Of a DNA stretch of 64,000 bases, positions 60,054-64,000 are shown piece after piece; position 1 is the stretch's first letter; every line of letters starts with the position of its first letter. The notes beneath the pieces are model-generated. The model saw only the letters and a list, made by a program, of their open reading frames with translations. It was not told the DNA's origin and searched no databases. This DNA is from Sphyrna mokarran (taxonomy: Eukaryota). The DNA lies in assembly GCA_024679065.1 (NCBI GenBank), contig JAGIQG010000016.1, forward strand, positions 5,394,001 to 5,458,000. Direction: 5' to 3'. Made by a program: the position numbers and the translations under genes.

Positions 60054-61397
60054 CATGGTCAATCCACCTAACCTGAACAGCTTGGGACACTGAGGGGCAA
60101 TTTAGCATGGCCAATCTACCTAACCTGAACATCTTGGGACACTAAGGGGCAATTTAGTATGACTAATCCACATAACCTGAACATCTTAGGACACTGAGGG
60201 GCAATTTAGCATGGCCAATCCATCTAACCTGAACATCTTGGGGCACTAAGGGGCAATTTAGCATGGCCAATCCATCTAACTTGAACATCTTAGGACACTG
60301 AGGGGCAATTTAGCATGGCCAATCCATCTAACCTGAACATCTTGGGACACTAAGGGGCAATTTAGTATAACTAATCCACATAACCTGTACATCTTTGTAC
60401 ACTAAGCAACCATTTACCATGGCTAATCTCCCTAACCTACACATCTTTGAACACTAACGGGCAATTTATTGAGGCTGTTCAACCTAACCTGCGCATTCTT
60501 GGACACTAAGGGGCAAGCTGGCATGGTCAATCCACCTAACCTGAACAGCTTGGGACACTGAGGGGCAATTTAGCATGGCCAATCTACCTAACCTGAACAT
60601 CTTGGGACACTAAGGGGCAATTTAGTATGACTAATCCACATAACCTGAACATCTTAGGATACTGAGGGGCAATTTAGCATGGCCAATCCATCTAACCTGA
60701 ACATCTTGGGGCACTAAGGGGCAATTTAGCATGGCCAATCCATCTAACTTGAACATCTTAGGACACTGAGGGGCAATTTAGCATGGCCAATCCATCTAAC
60801 CTGAACATCTTGGGACACTAAGGGGCAATTTAGTATAACTAATCCACATAACCTGTACATCTTTGTACACTAAGCAACCATTTACCATGGCTAATCTCCC
60901 TAACCTACACATCTTTGAACACTAACGGGCAATTTATTGAGGCTGTTCAACCTAACCTGCGCATTCTTGGACACTAAGGGGCAAGCTGGCATGGCCAATC
61001 CACCTAACCTGCACATCTCTGGAAAATAAGGAACAATTTAACATGGCTGATCCCCTTAACCTGCACATCGTTGAATACTAAGAAGCAATGTAGCATGGCC
61101 AAACCACATAACCTACACATTAGCATGGCCAATCCACCTAAGCTAGACATCTTCAAACACAAAGTGGCAAGTTAGCATGGCCAATTCACCGAACCTACAT
61201 GTCTTGGGAATTAAGGAGCAATTTAACATGATCAATCCACCTAACCTACATACCTTTGGAGTGTGGGAGGAAACTGGAGTGCCCGGAGGAAATCCACGCA
61301 GACACATGCAGACTCCTCACAGACAGTGACCTGAGGCTGGATTTGAACCTGGGACCTTGGCACTGTGAGGTAGCAGTGCTAATCACTGTACCACTAT
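60054..61397 (-). repeat. V-SINE with a 52-bp tandem expansion (~23 units) including a 468-bp higher-order duplication
   Basis: 60054-60521 is repeated at 60522-60989; SINE head at ~61260-61397. Confidence 0.9.
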
Positions 61398-61403
61398 ACA
61401 GTC

Positions 61404-62132
61404 ACCGGGCTTAGGGTGAGGGGGGTAAGGTATAATTTGGATGCTAGAGGGAGTTTTTTCACACAGAGGGTGGTGGGGGTATGGAACGCACTGCCAAGTA
61501 AAGTGGTGGAGGCAGACACTCTGGAGTTATTTAAGAAATACTTAGATGGGCACATGAACAGAATGGGAATGAAGGGATATAGAAAACTGATTTAAAATAG
61601 GGATCATGAGCCTTGGGAGTTCCCTGGGAAGTGTGTAAATTGTCGATGATATTGATGTATTTGTTTTATCCTACAGGTACTTCGGTCCGCCTTGTTGTCT
61701 AACAAGGGGCATACACGCGATGGGTCGTGAGAGGGCTGCTCTTGGATTTTTTTGAGATTATCCTAGTGCTTCACGTCGTTAGTGTACGCTTGACCTAATC
61801 CATTTGATGGGCAACACGACAGCTCAGTGACTATCGCTGTGCTGTGCAGGTACATGGATTTGGGCCTGTGTCTGTGGGAGTTTGCGCATTCTCCCCATGC
61901 TTGCGTGGGTTTTCTCTGGGTGCTCCGGTTTCCTCCCACATCTCAAAGATGTGCTCTTAGGCTGATTGGCAGAACAAATTCTGCCTAAATTGTCTCAAAT
62001 TTGGTTCTAATGGATAGATCTATAAACATAGACAGGGATCACAGGTAGAGGTGGGAACATTGAGGTAGCGGCGCAGGCTCGTTGAGCCAAAGGGCCTGTT
62101 TCCTGTGCTGTTTTATTCTTTGTTCTTTGTTC
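61404..62132 (+). mobile_element. CR1 3' end with long V-domain UTR, right arm only
   Basis: Same subfamily as 2175-5120 and 9025-9600; empty site at ~22360 in the left arm. Confidence 0.92.
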
Positions 62133-64000
62133 AATCCTTTGTCACACTGCTTACTGTTGTTCTGCCAGTGACACATTCTGATCTCTTATTGGCAGCTATC
62201 AATACCCTTCCAAGCGGCGACCATGATCATTTGCAACCCCTTTGTCTTGTAGTCCAGGGCATCTTTGTCAGTCCTTCCCTCGCTTTCACTTATCACTGGC
62301 CCTCTACCCAGCCCCACCTTTCCAGCTCCTCCTCCCCCATTCCCCCACAACAGTAAAAAACATCATCATATTTCCAATTGTCTTGAGCTCTGACCATAGA
62401 ACCATGGAAAAATTACAGAGAAAATCCACTTTACTGTCCCTCCAGTGACAATACCATTGTACCACCATCCAACCCACAACACCACGAGGACCCAGAAAGA
62501 GTTTCACCATCTCTAATTTCCCTGATGGGAGGGAGATCCATCTCAGTACCTGCAGTCTCTCCGTATAACATTACTCACTGGTATTCGCACCATATATATT
62601 GGAGTTTGGGATAAATCAACCATCACAAAGCTTCCCGTTTAATTGTGCCTTTTCACGCAGAGATCAATTAGCTTTACCCTCAGTAGGGTTTGTCTGTAAC
62701 TCACCAATCAAACAGGAGTTAAAAGGAAGGAGATAGTTGTTGACTTCAGGAAGTGCAGTGTAGAACATGCCCCTGTCTACATCAACAGGGATGAAGTGGA
62801 AATGGCCAAGCGCTTCAAGTTTCTAGGTGTCAAGACCACCAAAAACCTGTCCTAGTCCCTCCACACCAACACTATAGTTAAGAAAACCCACCAACGTCTC
62901 TACTTTCTCAAGAGACTAAGGAAATTTTGCATGTTCGTCACAACTCACACCAGTTTTTACAGATGCATCATAAAAAGTGTGCTCTCCCCATGTATCACAG
63001 CTTGGTATGGCCCCTGCTCTGCCCAGGAACACAAATAACTACAAAGGATGATGAGCATAGCCCAGTCCATCATGCAAACCAACCTCCCATCATTGGCTTC
63101 ATCTACACTTCACACTGCCTCGGAAAAGCAGTCAGTATAATCAAGAACGCCACCACCCCGGACAGCTTCCCTTCCATCTTCTCCTGTTGGGAGAAAGATG
63201 CAAAAACCTGAGATCACCAATTGACTCAAGAACAGTTTCTTCCCTGCTGCCATCAGACTCCTGAATGGACCTACCCTATATTAAGTTGACCTCTCTCTAC
63301 CCCCTTGCTACATCTGTAACACTACACTCTGCACTCTCTCATTTCCTTCTCCCTTACGTACTCTATGAACGATATGCTTGGTCTGTATAATGTGCAAGAA
63401 ACAATGCTTTTCACTGGATATTAACACGTGTTTGTGACAATAACAAATCAAATCAAAAATTGGATACATCTTTTAAACTTAGCGAATGAGGTCCTAACTA
63501 TTTGTAACACGTGACCCCAAGTGGATTGAGGACTGAGAAATGGGCCATAAAATGTCAATGTCACTAAAGACTCTCTGACCAGGCTGCTGAGTAAGTTTGA
63601 GAGGTTCAATGGAGACGATCCAGAGGTGACAGTGAAGGGGAGTCTGAGAATTGGGATGTGGCCTCCAACACCAGCCCAACCTCCCATCTCCAATACTAAT
63701 AGCACCCCACACTGCGAACACCTCTTTGAGAGCTTGGGTAACACAGTGATACAGTGGTTAGCACTGCTACTTTATAGCACCAGGAACCTGGGTTCGATTC
63801 CTGGCTTGGGTCACTGACTGTGTGGAGTTTGAACCTTTTCCCTGTGTTTGGGTGGGTTTTCTCCGGGTTCTCCGGTTTCTCTCCACAGTTGGAAAGACAT
63901 GCTGGTTAGGTGCATTGGCCGTGCTAAATTCCCCCGCAGTGTCCGCGAAAAAGGTGGAGACTCGGAGATTTTCATTTCAGTGTTAATGTCAGCCTGCTTG

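Larger units (their letters stand above)
48210..64000 (-). repeat. Right arm of the inverted segmental duplication (runs off the window edge)
   Basis: Examples: ORF 20760-21056(+) translates identically to 63448-63744(-), and 28033-28311(+) nearly identically to 55814-56092(-). Confidence 0.95.

Overview
Eukaryotic, repeat-dense genomic DNA from a cartilaginous fish, most likely a shark. The evidence is HE1-type tRNA/V-domain SINEs and abundant CR1 LINEs, with Penelope-like, Rex1/Babar and RTE fragments also present; there are no prokaryotic features. The main structure is a large inverted duplication (about 20.5-36.4 kb against 48.2 kb to beyond 64 kb). It carries two convergent, damaged copies of a nectin/PVR-like Ig-superfamily receptor gene (leader, V, C, split third Ig domain, and a TM exon found only for the minus-strand copy). 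The 5' halves of the two copies, down to the end of the V exon, are nearly identical, whereas the 3' halves are clearly diverged, which suggests gene conversion or re-duplication. A third signal-peptide first exon lies on the minus strand at 13.7 kb. The most unusual observation is a CR1 LINE lineage (five copies, two subfamilies) with a ~550-nt 3' UTR. This UTR contains a conserved splice-acceptor-like site, a multi-hairpin structured module and the central V-domain otherwise found in the local V-SINEs. Other notable items are minimal hammerhead ribozyme motifs in Penelope termini, SINE-derived 52-bp minisatellites with a 9-mer higher-order repeat, and several templated-insertion scars. Repeat boundaries and identity levels were judged by eye and are approximate.
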